Positions 40,790 to 50,002 of a DNA stretch of 64,000 nt are shown in pieces. The DNA lies in NCBI GenBank assembly GCA_963676405.2, contig CAXXQB010000027.1, positions 41,241-105,240 on the forward strand, given 5' to 3'. The notes under the pieces were generated by a model. That model was given only the letters and a program-made list of their open reading frames with translations. It was not told the origin of the DNA and did not search any database. The DNA is from an uncultured Methanoregula sp. (GTDB lineage: Archaea > Halobacteriota > Methanomicrobia > Methanomicrobiales > Methanospirillaceae). Every line of letters begins with the position of its first letter. The stretch's first letter is position 1. Position numbers and translations under genes: made by a program.

Positions 40790-42511
40790 ATGAAAAAACA
40801 GGTAACCATTGGAATAATTGTTGCAGTCTTTTTTATTGCAGTAACAGCAGGATTTTTTATTTACTCGAATACCTTAACCGCAGGAGCTGTCTATCCAAGT
40901 TATCCCATAGATTCCAAGGTGTATACAACCCTTGACAGAACCGTCATTCCTGTTCCCGTCCCTTCAACTTCACCTGCGCTTTATCCTTATCAGGTCGCTA
41001 ACTATTCAGAGTATGGATATGGCGTCTGGCAGTTCGGAGAGGGGATTGGTTATCAGAAAAGACTGGACCTTATGCCACCAGCATATGCCAATACCTCGGT
41101 TACTAAAACGGCACGCCTTCTGAATTTCTTTACCATGAGCGACATCCATATCAGCGACAAGGAAACTCCTGCCCAGGCAATCTATGTTGGCTACAAAGGC
41201 GGCAACCCTTCAGGATATTCATCGGGTATGCTCTTAACCACCCAGGTCCTCGATGCGGCCGTCCAGACCGTGAACGCCCTGCACCAACAAAAACCATTTG
41301 ATTTCGGTATCTTTCTGGGCGACGCCATCAATAACAACCAGTACAACGAACTACGATGGTATATCGATGTTATTGATGGCAAGACGATAAACCCCGATTC
41401 CGGCGCGAAAGATGATCCTGTCCCAGGACCGCATAATGATTACCAGGACGAATACAAGGCGGCAGGACTCAACAAAACGATTAACTGGTACCAGACGCTC
41501 GGCAACCACGATCATTTCTGGATGGGTGCATTCATTCCGAACGATTACATGCAACAGACCTTGACCGGCAGGGATATCCTCAACCTGGGTGTTAATCAAA
41601 GTGACCCTCTCTACTTAGACAACCGTGGCATCTATATGGGCTCGATCGACGGCCGAACGCCGTACGGTGACGTTATCGGTGCAGGGCCTGTCAAAGACTT
41701 TACAGAAACTCCAAAGGTCCTTGCAGCCGATCCGAACCGCCGTGCACTTTCGCGATCTGAGTGGATGGGTGAATTTTTTAATTCATCCACAATCCCCAAT
41801 GGACACGGGTTCAATCAGTCTGATGTTCCAACAGGCTTTGCCTGCTATTCTTTCGAACCGAGGTCCGATATACCGATCAAGGTTATTGTGCTTGACGATA
41901 CCCAAAAGAACACCGATCCCAATGTTGGCACCTATTCGTACGCCTCTCTTGACAATACACGGTACGACTGGCTTGTAAAAGAACTTGATAACGGTCAGGC
42001 TGAAGGGAAGCTCATTATCATCGCTGCGCATATACCAATGCGCAACGAACAGCCGAATTCCTCACTGCTCTGGAGCCCTCGCTCTCAGGTACCCGAGCAG
42101 ACTCTGATAGCCAAACTTCACACCTATCCAAATCTCCTCCTGTGGATGTCGGGACATGTTCACCAGAATACTGTTACCGCATTCCCCTCACCGGATCCCA
42201 ACCATCCTGAACTGGGCTTCTGGGAGGTTGAAACAGCCTCATTACGGGATTTCCCGCAGCAGTTCCGTATGTTTGAAATCGTCCGCAACAGCGACAATAC
42301 GATATCGGTCTTTACAGCCGATGTTGATCCGGCTGTCAGCGCCGGGTCGCTTGCAGGGAAATCGCGTTCGTATGCTATCGCGTCTCACCAGATATTCAAC
42401 AATACGGTAAATCTAATGCCAAGTGGTTCCTACAATGCAGAACTTGTCAAACAACTGACGCCAGAAATGCAGGCTAAAATACAGAACGTGGGGACACCGG
42501 TAGGCAGGTAA
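40790..42511 (+). CDS. Membrane-anchored/secreted calcineurin-like metallophosphoesterase (RPA4764/TIGR03768-like)
   Basis: N-terminal TM; SDIH, GDAINNNQYNELRW, GNHDH, AAH, SGHVH, FWEVETASL.DFPQQ. Confidence 0.88.
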   Translation: MKKQVTIGIIVAVFFIAVTAGFFIYSNTLTAGAVYPSYPIDSKVYTTLDRTVIPVPVPSTSPALYPYQVANYSEYGYGVWQFGEGIGYQKRLDLMPPAYANTSVTKTARLLNFFTMSDIHISDKETPAQAIYVGYKGGNPSGYSSGMLLTTQVLDAAVQTVNALHQQKPFDFGIFLGDAINNNQYNELRWYIDVIDGKTINPDSGAKDDPVPGPHNDYQDEYKAAGLNKTINWYQTLGNHDHFWMGAFIPNDYMQQTLTGRDILNLGVNQSDPLYLDNRGIYMGSIDGRTPYGDVIGAGPVKDFTETPKVLAADPNRRALSRSEWMGEFFNSSTIPNGHGFNQSDVPTGFACYSFEPRSDIPIKVIVLDDTQKNTDPNVGTYSYASLDNTRYDWLVKELDNGQAEGKLIIIAAHIPMRNEQPNSSLLWSPRSQVPEQTLIAKLHTYPNLLLWMSGHVHQNTVTAFPSPDPNHPELGFWEVETASLRDFPQQFRMFEIVRNSDNTISVFTADVDPAVSAGSLAGKSRSYAIASHQIFNNTVNLMPSGSYNAELVKQLTPEMQAKIQNVGTPVGR

Positions 42512-42593
42512 TTTTTTTTTTGATTCCGGCAGGGAGTCCATGATGCAGAGGCATTTTACGACTACATCATAATGATGGTGTTACTACCGGCGA

Positions 42594-42917
42594 TCATCCG
42601 GATTTACGATCAGCAGGCTCTGTGGTGTCTCCTGTCTTTCGTCCCGTTACAAACAGGTTTTTGTGCGGCGCTTTGTGCTCGTGATGATCTGCCAGCCTCT
42701 TTGCCTCTTCACGGGCCTTGAGCTTGTCCTTGAACCCGGTGAAGAGGATGCGGACATTATCAATATCGTCTTTGAGGTACGCAGCCTCGTGATATTCGAT
42801 GAGCATGATCTGTCCGTCGGGTCCGAGGCGGTGCTCTTCACTCTTTCCGGTCATGTACCGTCCCCGCTGTTCTTGTGTCGGAGCGGCGTATTTATTTGTA
42901 TAACGGAAAACGCCCAT
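42594..42917 (-). CDS. Hypothetical protein
   Basis: Protein-like ORF from MGVFRYTNKYAAPT; the upstream extension in the ORF track is low-complexity A-tract sequence. Confidence 0.65.
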   Translation of the reverse strand: MGVFRYTNKYAAPTQEQRGRYMTGKSEEHRLGPDGQIMLIEYHEAAYLKDDIDNVRILFTGFKDKLKAREEAKRLADHHEHKAPHKNLFVTGRKTGDTTEPADRKSG

Positions 42918-43431
42918 GTCGATCTTCCCTGCGATGTTTGATTGTTGATTCATGTGATGATAAATTGCCCGTTGTTCTGTCTTGCACGTTTTGATTAACT
43001 TTGGTAGATCCATCTGCCCACCGTTTATTTGTGGGGGCTGATGTTTTACAATTACCAATATTTTTTGCGTGCGAAAAATTTCCGGAAAAATTTGTACAGT
43101 CAAAAAAATTTTCATTGAAGTTTTTTCCCGGCTCGCAGAGAAATTCAAAAAATGTTTTTCGATCGTGCGAGAAATTTCCCAAAAAACATTTTCGACAGAA
43201 TCCGTTCACGGACTCACGATTAAAATAGAATTGTCTCAAGCCGCCCAAAAACTTCCAAATACCTTTCAAAAACCAATAACAACAGGCCAAAAACCGGTCA
43301 AAATCTCAATTCTCCGACGTGATCTAAATAGCGGGCCGCCAAGGGCATTTGCGGGGTGTTTCTCCCAAAAAACACCCTAAACTATATGGCAAAAAAGAAT
43401 GCTCACAGAAGCCCGCTAAATTGCACGGTAG

Positions 43432-43482
43432 AATAACGATTAAAATCGTTATTTTCGTTAAATAACCGTTTAAAACGTTATT
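43432..43482. promoter_or_regulatory. Tandem palindromic sites (29-bp period)
   Basis: AATAACGAT-TAAA-ATCGTTATT (43432-43453) and AATAACCGTTTAAAACGTTATT (43461-43482). Confidence 0.55.
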
Positions 43483-43795
43483 TTCTGTGGGCGTGGACAC
43501 CACTTCCATTGGAACTCATAAACTCGATCCATGAAAAGTCAATCGGAGCCCGAATTGAGCCCGGAATAGTGTATCTTTTTGGTATCCCGGATCTGCCCGT
43601 ATAATGCCCGGATTCAGGTGGTCGACGGTACGAGTTAAGGACTGGATGCAGGAACCTGGCGAAAGATGCGATGCGGCATTTTTGGAAAATCGCGAACCGT
43701 GCAATCATCGCGTTTGCCGTAAAGATTTTTTGTGAAAATCCCGGGAAAAATTTTTGGTGAAATTGTTTTGGGAAAAATTTTGGCGTGTCGCAAAA

Positions 43796-46099
43796 TCAGC
43801 TAATTTTTTTCAAAGTAATTTTCCCATCCACCATTTTAACAACAATATTATCGCCTTCTTTCAGTTCCCCGCTTATGATTTTCTCGCTTAGTGGCTCTTC
43901 AAGCAACTTCTCAATCGCTCTCCGCAATGGTCTGGCACCGAAGTTTTCATCATAACCTTCTTTTGAAACACAGGCAACAACATCACCATCAACTTCAAGA
44001 GTCATACCTTTTTTTGACAGTCTGCTTTTTAATTTCTCTACCATAATTTTTGCAATCTTTTTTACATCATCAATTGTCAGGTGATTGAAAACAATGATCT
44101 CATCCAGTCGGTTTACAAATTCTGGTCTGAATGTCCTTGTTAGATCCTTTAGGATCCTTTGGGTCCCTAAGTTGTTATCTTCTGCGATTCCATAGGCTCT
44201 TTCATATACATTGTCTGAAAGCTGGAGGTTAGAGGTCATGATGAATATAGCATTTTTCGCATCAGCTGTTCTTCCCTTAGCATCGGTTAATCTGCCATCA
44301 TCAAAAACTTGCAGGAATATGTCAAAAACTTCAGGATGTGCTTTTTCGATCTCATCTAAAAGAACAACCGAGTATGGTTTTCTCCTTAAAGAACCGGTAA
44401 GCTGCCCTTCTTCATCATATCCAATGTAGCCTGGCGGAGCTCCCACCAGTTTAGAAACGGAATGTTTCTCCATGTATTCTGACATGTCCAATCGAATCAT
44501 TGCCTCTTCTGAGTCAAACAAAAAAAATGATAATGCCTTTGCAGTTTCTGTTTTTCCAACACCTGTCGGTCCTAAAAACAGGAAAACACCGAGCGGACGA
44601 CTTGGATCCTGCAAGCCGGATCTTGCTATCTTAATTCTTTTAGAGATTTTTTTGATTGCCGCGTCTTGCCCAATTACCCTTTCCTTTAATAAATCCTCCA
44701 TTTTAAGGAGTCTTTCCTTTTCGTCTTCTTTAGTTAGTATAGGGATTCCTGTCCACTTCTCTATCACTTCTGCAATATCTTCATACACTACTTTTCCAAA
44801 GTTTTCGTCGATATCTCCAGCCATACTCAATTCTGGAACTTTTTTCCTTGAGCAGGCTTCATCTATAAGATCCAATGCTTTATCCGGCAATCTTCTGTCA
44901 GGCAGATATTTAACAGACAGTTCAACCGCTGCTTTAATGACGGAATCTGATATCTTTACACTATGATGATCTTCATATTTTTCTTTTAATCCCTTAAGGA
45001 TCAAAATCGTATCTTCCACGCTGGGCTCATCAACCATGATGGGCTGGAATCTGCGCTCTAAAGCAGCATCCTTCTCAATGTATTTGCGATATTCTGAAAT
45101 GGTGGTTGCCCCGATACAGATTAAGTCTCCTCGTGCAAGAGCGGGCTTCAAAATGTTGGAAGCATCTAAACTACCTTGTCCGCTTCCCGCCCCAACCATC
45201 GTATGGATCTCATCAATAAAAACGATAATATCTGGATTTTCCTTTATCTCCACAATGAGATTTGTGAGTCTTTCTTCAAACTGTCCCCTTAATGTTGTGC
45301 CAGCGACGAGAGATCCCAAGGTAAACTCTATCACTCTCTTATTCCAGAGAGAGGGGGCAGTCTTTTTATCTGCAATCCTCTGGGCTAAACCTCCAACAAT
45401 CGCAGTTTTTCCAACTCCTGCTTCTCCAATGATGAGAGGATTGCTTTTTTTCTTTCTTGTTAATGTGCGGATTACCTGAAGGAGTTCATCCCTCCTTCCT
45501 ATAAGTGGATCTAATTTTTTATCTCTTGCAAGTTTTGTTAAATCGGTTCCATACTTCTCTATAAAGGATGTTTTAGGTTCCTTTTTCTCTTTTAGTTTTA
45601 CTTGTTCTTTTTTGGAAAAAGCAGCTTTTTCAATGTCTTCTGCTTTTATGTTAAAGCCCTTTAGAACTTCGACGATATAAGGTCCGGGCTTCTCCATAAT
45701 TGCCGCTAAAAGATCCAGGCAGCGGACTTCATCAGAGCCTTGCTTTTTGGCAATTTTTTCTGCATTATTGAAGTATTCCTTGCAAGCCTCACTTCTATGG
45801 ACCGTCTTTTCTTTGGGTGTGTGATTACCTTGACCTACATTTTTACGAAGCATATGACGTATTGATTTCAGTTCCAGCTTAAAACCACCGAAGAGATCTT
45901 TTATCGCATCGTTTTCCGCTTGAATTTCCTGAATTATGCCTGGATCTACTTCTTTTAAAGCTCCGGGCGCCAATACTTTTTCCAAGCTGCATATCCCGAT
46001 AAGCACCTGTTCCTTCTCGATGTATTGTTGCTTTGCACGGAAGGTTTCAGAAGCTGCAATCTGCCACGCAAAATCCGCTCCCGCTGATAGTCTGACCAT
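43796..46099 (-). CDS. ClpA-like double-ring AAA+ ATPase (Clp N-domain, no M-domain)
   Basis: Clp_N-like region; D1 GEAGVGKT/FIDEIH/ALERRFQ; D2 GPTGVGKT/GAPPGYIGY/LDEIEKAH/FGARPLRR; short D1-D2 linker. Confidence 0.93.
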   Translation of the reverse strand: MVRLSAGADFAWQIAASETFRAKQQYIEKEQVLIGICSLEKVLAPGALKEVDPGIIQEIQAENDAIKDLFGGFKLELKSIRHMLRKNVGQGNHTPKEKTVHRSEACKEYFNNAEKIAKKQGSDEVRCLDLLAAIMEKPGPYIVEVLKGFNIKAEDIEKAAFSKKEQVKLKEKKEPKTSFIEKYGTDLTKLARDKKLDPLIGRRDELLQVIRTLTRKKKSNPLIIGEAGVGKTAIVGGLAQRIADKKTAPSLWNKRVIEFTLGSLVAGTTLRGQFEERLTNLIVEIKENPDIIVFIDEIHTMVGAGSGQGSLDASNILKPALARGDLICIGATTISEYRKYIEKDAALERRFQPIMVDEPSVEDTILILKGLKEKYEDHHSVKISDSVIKAAVELSVKYLPDRRLPDKALDLIDEACSRKKVPELSMAGDIDENFGKVVYEDIAEVIEKWTGIPILTKEDEKERLLKMEDLLKERVIGQDAAIKKISKRIKIARSGLQDPSRPLGVFLFLGPTGVGKTETAKALSFFLFDSEEAMIRLDMSEYMEKHSVSKLVGAPPGYIGYDEEGQLTGSLRRKPYSVVLLDEIEKAHPEVFDIFLQVFDDGRLTDAKGRTADAKNAIFIMTSNLQLSDNVYERAYGIAEDNNLGTQRILKDLTRTFRPEFVNRLDEIIVFNHLTIDDVKKIAKIMVEKLKSRLSKKGMTLEVDGDVVACVSKEGYDENFGARPLRRAIEKLLEEPLSEKIISGELKEGDNIVVKMVDGKITLKKIS

Positions 46100-46290
46100 T
46101 ATTTTCCTCGTTTTAGTTTCCTGATTAGGTTATTCTGCATTATCTTCTCAGCTGGTTGATAATCTGCTTTTTTTATGTGATGCATATTGTGGGGGGGGCA
46201 AGTTCTGTAGCCTTAACATAACGTTTGGTTGTTTTTTGAAATTTTCTAAAAATTTTAAGGACATACATTTGTCGTTATAAGCGCTAGCTA

Positions 46291-47091
46291 TTTTTTTGGT
46301 TCTAATTCGAGTGCCTTATTATAACATTCAGTTGCTTCCTTATCTTTTCCAAGAAGATTAAGGATATGTCCTTTGTTAACCCACACATCAATATATTTTG
46401 GGTTAATCACGAGGGCTTTATCATAGCATTCGATTGCTTCCGGAAGTTTTCCAAGTTCTTTAAGAGCAAGTCCTTTGTTGTTCCATGTCTCAGCACCTCT
46501 TGGGTTTATCGTGAGGGCTTTATCATAGCATTCAATTGCTTCCCGAGTTTTTCCAAGTTCTTCAAGAGCATTTCCTTTGTTATTCCAAGCCATATCAAAT
46601 CTTGGATTAATCATGAGGGCTTTATCATAGCATTCGATTGCTTCCGGAAGTTTTCCAAGATTATAAAGGGCATCTCCTTTGTAATTCCAAGCCATATCAA
46701 ATCTTGGATTAATCATGAGGGCTTTATCATAGCATTCAATTGCTTCCTGATATCTTCCAAGAGTTCTAAGAGCAACTCCTTTATTACCCCAAGCCAGATC
46801 GGATCTTGGGTTAATCACGAGGGCTTTATCATAGCATTCGATTGCTTCCGGAAGTTTTCCAAGATTATAAAGAGCGAGTCCTTTGCTATCCCACACCAGA
46901 TCCGGGTTTATTTCGAGTGCTTTATCAAAGCATCTTATTGCATCCTGATATCTTCCAAGAATTCCAAGAGCAACTCCTTTGTTGCCCCATGCCAGATCGG
47001 ATCTTGGGTTAATCACGAGGGCTTTATCATAGCATTCAATTGCTTCCGGAAGTTTTCCAAGTTCTTTAAGAGCAACTCCTTTGTTGCCCCA
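46291..47091 (-). repeat. Eight TPR repeats (102-bp DNA units, one shortened)
   Basis: WxNKGxALxxLGKxxEAIECYDKALxINP repeated, with near-identical DNA blocks. Confidence 0.92.
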
Positions 47092-48418
47092 ATCTATATC
47101 TGTTAATTTCTCTTTTTCTCCAACTACTACGTACCTTTCCCCGGTAAGATCATTGTATATTTCTACAAGTTTTTCTTTTAATTCAGCAAAATCAGCGTAT
47201 CTCTTGTCTGGGTTCTTCTCAAGGCATTTGATAATCAATAAATCCAGACGCTCCGGTATCTTCGGGTTCAAATGCTTTGGTCTTTCGGGGAGTTTGTTGA
47301 AGATCTCATTCAGATCACTAAAAGGGAGTTTCCCTGTTAAAAGTAAATAGAGTGTGATTCCAAAGGAGTAGATATCTGATCTCGTTGTCACCTGTCCCTT
47401 AAAAGAGAATTTCTCCTGAATTCGCTCCGGAAACTGTTCCGGGGGCATGAATGGAAGGGTTCCCATACCTGTTGAAATTTCAACAAACTCATCCTGAAAT
47501 TCATCGCCCAATACTTTTACCAGTCCAAAATCTGTGATTTTAAATGAATATCCGAATCTGAATCTCGGATCTTTTTGTGCCATCACATTTCCGGGTTTTA
47601 TGTCCCTGTGAATAACTCCAAGCTTTTGATAAGCATATTCCATGCCAGTGCAGAACTGAATTGCAAAGTCCAGAGATTCCTCGATACTAAGTTTTCCAAT
47701 GAATTGATTAAGATCTCCGCTGTCAATGTATTCCAAAAACAGCAGAGGTTTGCCTTCGATTATCTCAACAAAATTTGCAAAAACAATGTTTGTATGTCTC
47801 TCAAGTTCCGTCCAAGTTTCTGCTTCTGCCATAAATCGATAGATGACGTCTTCATTCCAGAGGTATTTGTCCTGAAATGTCTTGATTGCAAAATTTCGAT
47901 TCCATTCACAATCATGGGCTATATAGACAATGCCCATACCACCTTTTTTTATATCGACGATTTCGTAGCGGTTTCGTATTTTATAGCCATTACCCCAAGG
48001 GTTAATATTTTTTTGTACAAAATCGGTTTGAGGTTTAGGTTCAACGCTCCTAATAGCATTCCGATGATCAACGCCAATCATTTCCAGTATAATCCGAATT
48101 GTTTTCGGAATTGCCCGAGAAACTTCATCGGAAATACCGATTTCAAAATCAGTCGGAATCCGTTTTGGCTGGCATCCGATAATCGTAACATTAATCCGGT
48201 CTTTGATACGCTGGAGCGACTCGGAGAGATTCCAAAAATTTGCGTCACGATACGAATGGCGGGCTTGGGAATAACAGGACATCTCCCACGGCGACTCGGA
48301 GAGATCCCTCAAATTGGCGTCACGATACGCATCCGGCGGCAGATTCTCGACACGAAATTTCGCGATCGTTCCAGGCTTCGCACTAAAATCCGCTGCACAA
48401 ACAATGATGAGTTCCTTA

Positions 48419-49555
48419 GAGAATTCCGATAAACCCCGGATAATTTCAAAAATGAAAGGAATTGATCCAAATTAGATAACAAGAGGACGTATATTCCCCG
48501 ATTTTCTTGTCACTTTTCCTGATTTTTCACAGATTTTTGGAAAGCGTACGCTAAACGATAGCCTGTTTTTTCAGGGTTGCCAGTTGGTACAGGTTAAAGC
48601 TAAACGTAGCAAACGTCATTTTCACGTGAGCTCGAAGAACCGTAGTCACATGGGTATGAGCGTCATGGAAGACGTTCTTGATGACTGCGTAAGGTCTTTC
48701 ACCGGGAGATCGAATTCTTGAGATCCGTTTATTCCTGAGGATATCCCAGATACCAATCGGATGTCCTCGAACTCCGCGCTGCATGGTTGCGTCAAAACCC
48801 TTTGGTTCAGCACCGAAATACCCCCGGTCCCGGTAGACAACTTCACCTTCTTCTGAAAGATCGATCTGGCTATCATGCACAGATGCAGTTGTGGTCTGAA
48901 GTGCCCGGATTAATCCGAAGTCGCAGTCTTCTTTCGTATGAAGCTTGAATCCAAAATACGAATGTTTCCCCTTTTTTGTCCAGGTACCTTCTTTATTTCT
49001 CCGGGTTTTTGCATCGTCTCCCCGGGGAGTGTCAGCAGAGGCATGTCCCGGATCTGCCGTGATGAATGTTGCATCCTGGATCACACCTTTCCGGATCTTC
49101 AATCCTTTTTCGTCCAGCTGTCTTTGAAGTTCGTTCCAGATCGCCTTGTCTTTCCCGGTTTGAGATAACCGTTCCCGGAAATACCAGACCGTCGTGTGAT
49201 CGGGAATCTTCTCAGGAAACCCGAGAAAACTCAGAAATGAAATCTTGTCATTTGCCTGCCGTTCAAGTTCCGGATCGGATAACCCGTACATCGATTGAAG
49301 GACCAGCATTTTGATCATGAGAACGATGTCAATATTTGGCCGCCCACCCTGTTCTGTTGTATTGGTATAAATTTCTCCAACAATTTCCCGGAATGATTCC
49401 CATTCAATGAGGGGTGCAAGTTCTCCTAATCGATCGCCGAGATCTTTTACCTGCTTGTACCGCTCCTGTAACGCAAAGTCAACAAGAGATTCCATACCTT
49501 TTATTCGGAGTTCTAAGATAAAGTACTTCCGGCGTTGAGGTTATTCGAAATTCTC
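48419..49555 (-). mobile_element. IS5-family insertion sequence, copy 2 (1137 bp)
   Basis: Same TIRs and length as copy 1; TSD CTTA (48415-48418, 49556-49559); all overlapping ORF translations match copy 1. Confidence 0.95.
48551..49495 (-). CDS. IS5-family DDE transposase
   Basis: Translation identical to 25063-26007. Confidence 0.95.
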   Translation of the reverse strand: MESLVDFALQERYKQVKDLGDRLGELAPLIEWESFREIVGEIYTNTTEQGGRPNIDIVLMIKMLVLQSMYGLSDPELERQANDKISFLSFLGFPEKIPDHTTVWYFRERLSQTGKDKAIWNELQRQLDEKGLKIRKGVIQDATFITADPGHASADTPRGDDAKTRRNKEGTWTKKGKHSYFGFKLHTKEDCDFGLIRALQTTTASVHDSQIDLSEEGEVVYRDRGYFGAEPKGFDATMQRGVRGHPIGIWDILRNKRISRIRSPGERPYAVIKNVFHDAHTHVTTVLRAHVKMTFATFSFNLYQLATLKKQAIV

Positions 49556-50002
49556 CTTAGTCATTTCTGGGTCAAGTTTGGAAAAAATAAAATGGGATCC
49601 GCCAAGACCTGCATCAATTATGCCAATATTGTCAGGAAGTGAGATCTTCTGCATCTCTTCTACAAAAGCGGGTCCGAAACCATCATCGGCAAATAAAGGG
49701 TTTCCGCAACCAACTATTAGAATTTCTGAAAACTTGAGCACATTTTTTACTTTAGACCAAATGGTGATATAGTTTGTTTCTCACTTGCAATTCTCAATCA
49801 AGCTATATCGGTCGTCAATGCTGGATGGGCGATCACCCCAATAGGCGCATATTGAATAACTGGTGCGTTTTTTGTGTGTTTACGTTGATAGCAAAAATTA
49901 CGATGCATCGAAATTTTACTGTGAGTGATATTATTTATATAAGAAATCCGTTGGGCATCACGTAAACCAAAAAAGTTTATTTTAACAGAATAATTCATTG
50001 TT

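Larger units (their letters stand above)
46288..49741 (-). pseudogene. FrhD-like domain - Ser/Thr kinase - 8xTPR fusion gene, interrupted by IS5
   Basis: 49741-49556 (62 codons) joins in frame to 48414-46288 once the IS and one CTTA are removed, giving 770 aa; GCGNPLFADDGFG..DAGLGG..IIGCQP protease fold; GGMGIVY, AIK, HRDIKPGN, DFG, PPE, DIYSFG kinase motifs. Confidence 0.9.

Noticed and set aside
42892-43380. ORFs across the A-tract region (42892-43290, 43001-43228, 43069-43380)
   Set aside because: K/F/N-rich translations expected from A/T tracts; treated as non-coding.
43429-43456. Palindrome as an archaeal dif (Xer) site
   Set aside because: Lacks the ATAA-N6-TTAT arrangement flanking the spacer; kept only as a generic binding site.
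43504-43514. TTCCATTGGAA (and TCCATTGGAAAT at 14901-14912) resembling a mini-ORB origin box
   Set aside because: Isolated copies without the G-string, and no cdc6/orc1 gene in the window; insufficient to call an origin.
48216-48329. 39-bp repeat / 36-bp spacer resembling a mini-CRISPR array
   Set aside because: Only two diverged copies, in frame inside a coding domain and matching the FrhD protein motif; no cas genes or leader. No CRISPR array was seen anywhere in the window.
46366-48432. Long plus-strand ORFs 46366-47106 and 47575-48432
   Set aside because: Antisense shadows of the kinase-TPR gene; their repeats simply mirror the TPR units.
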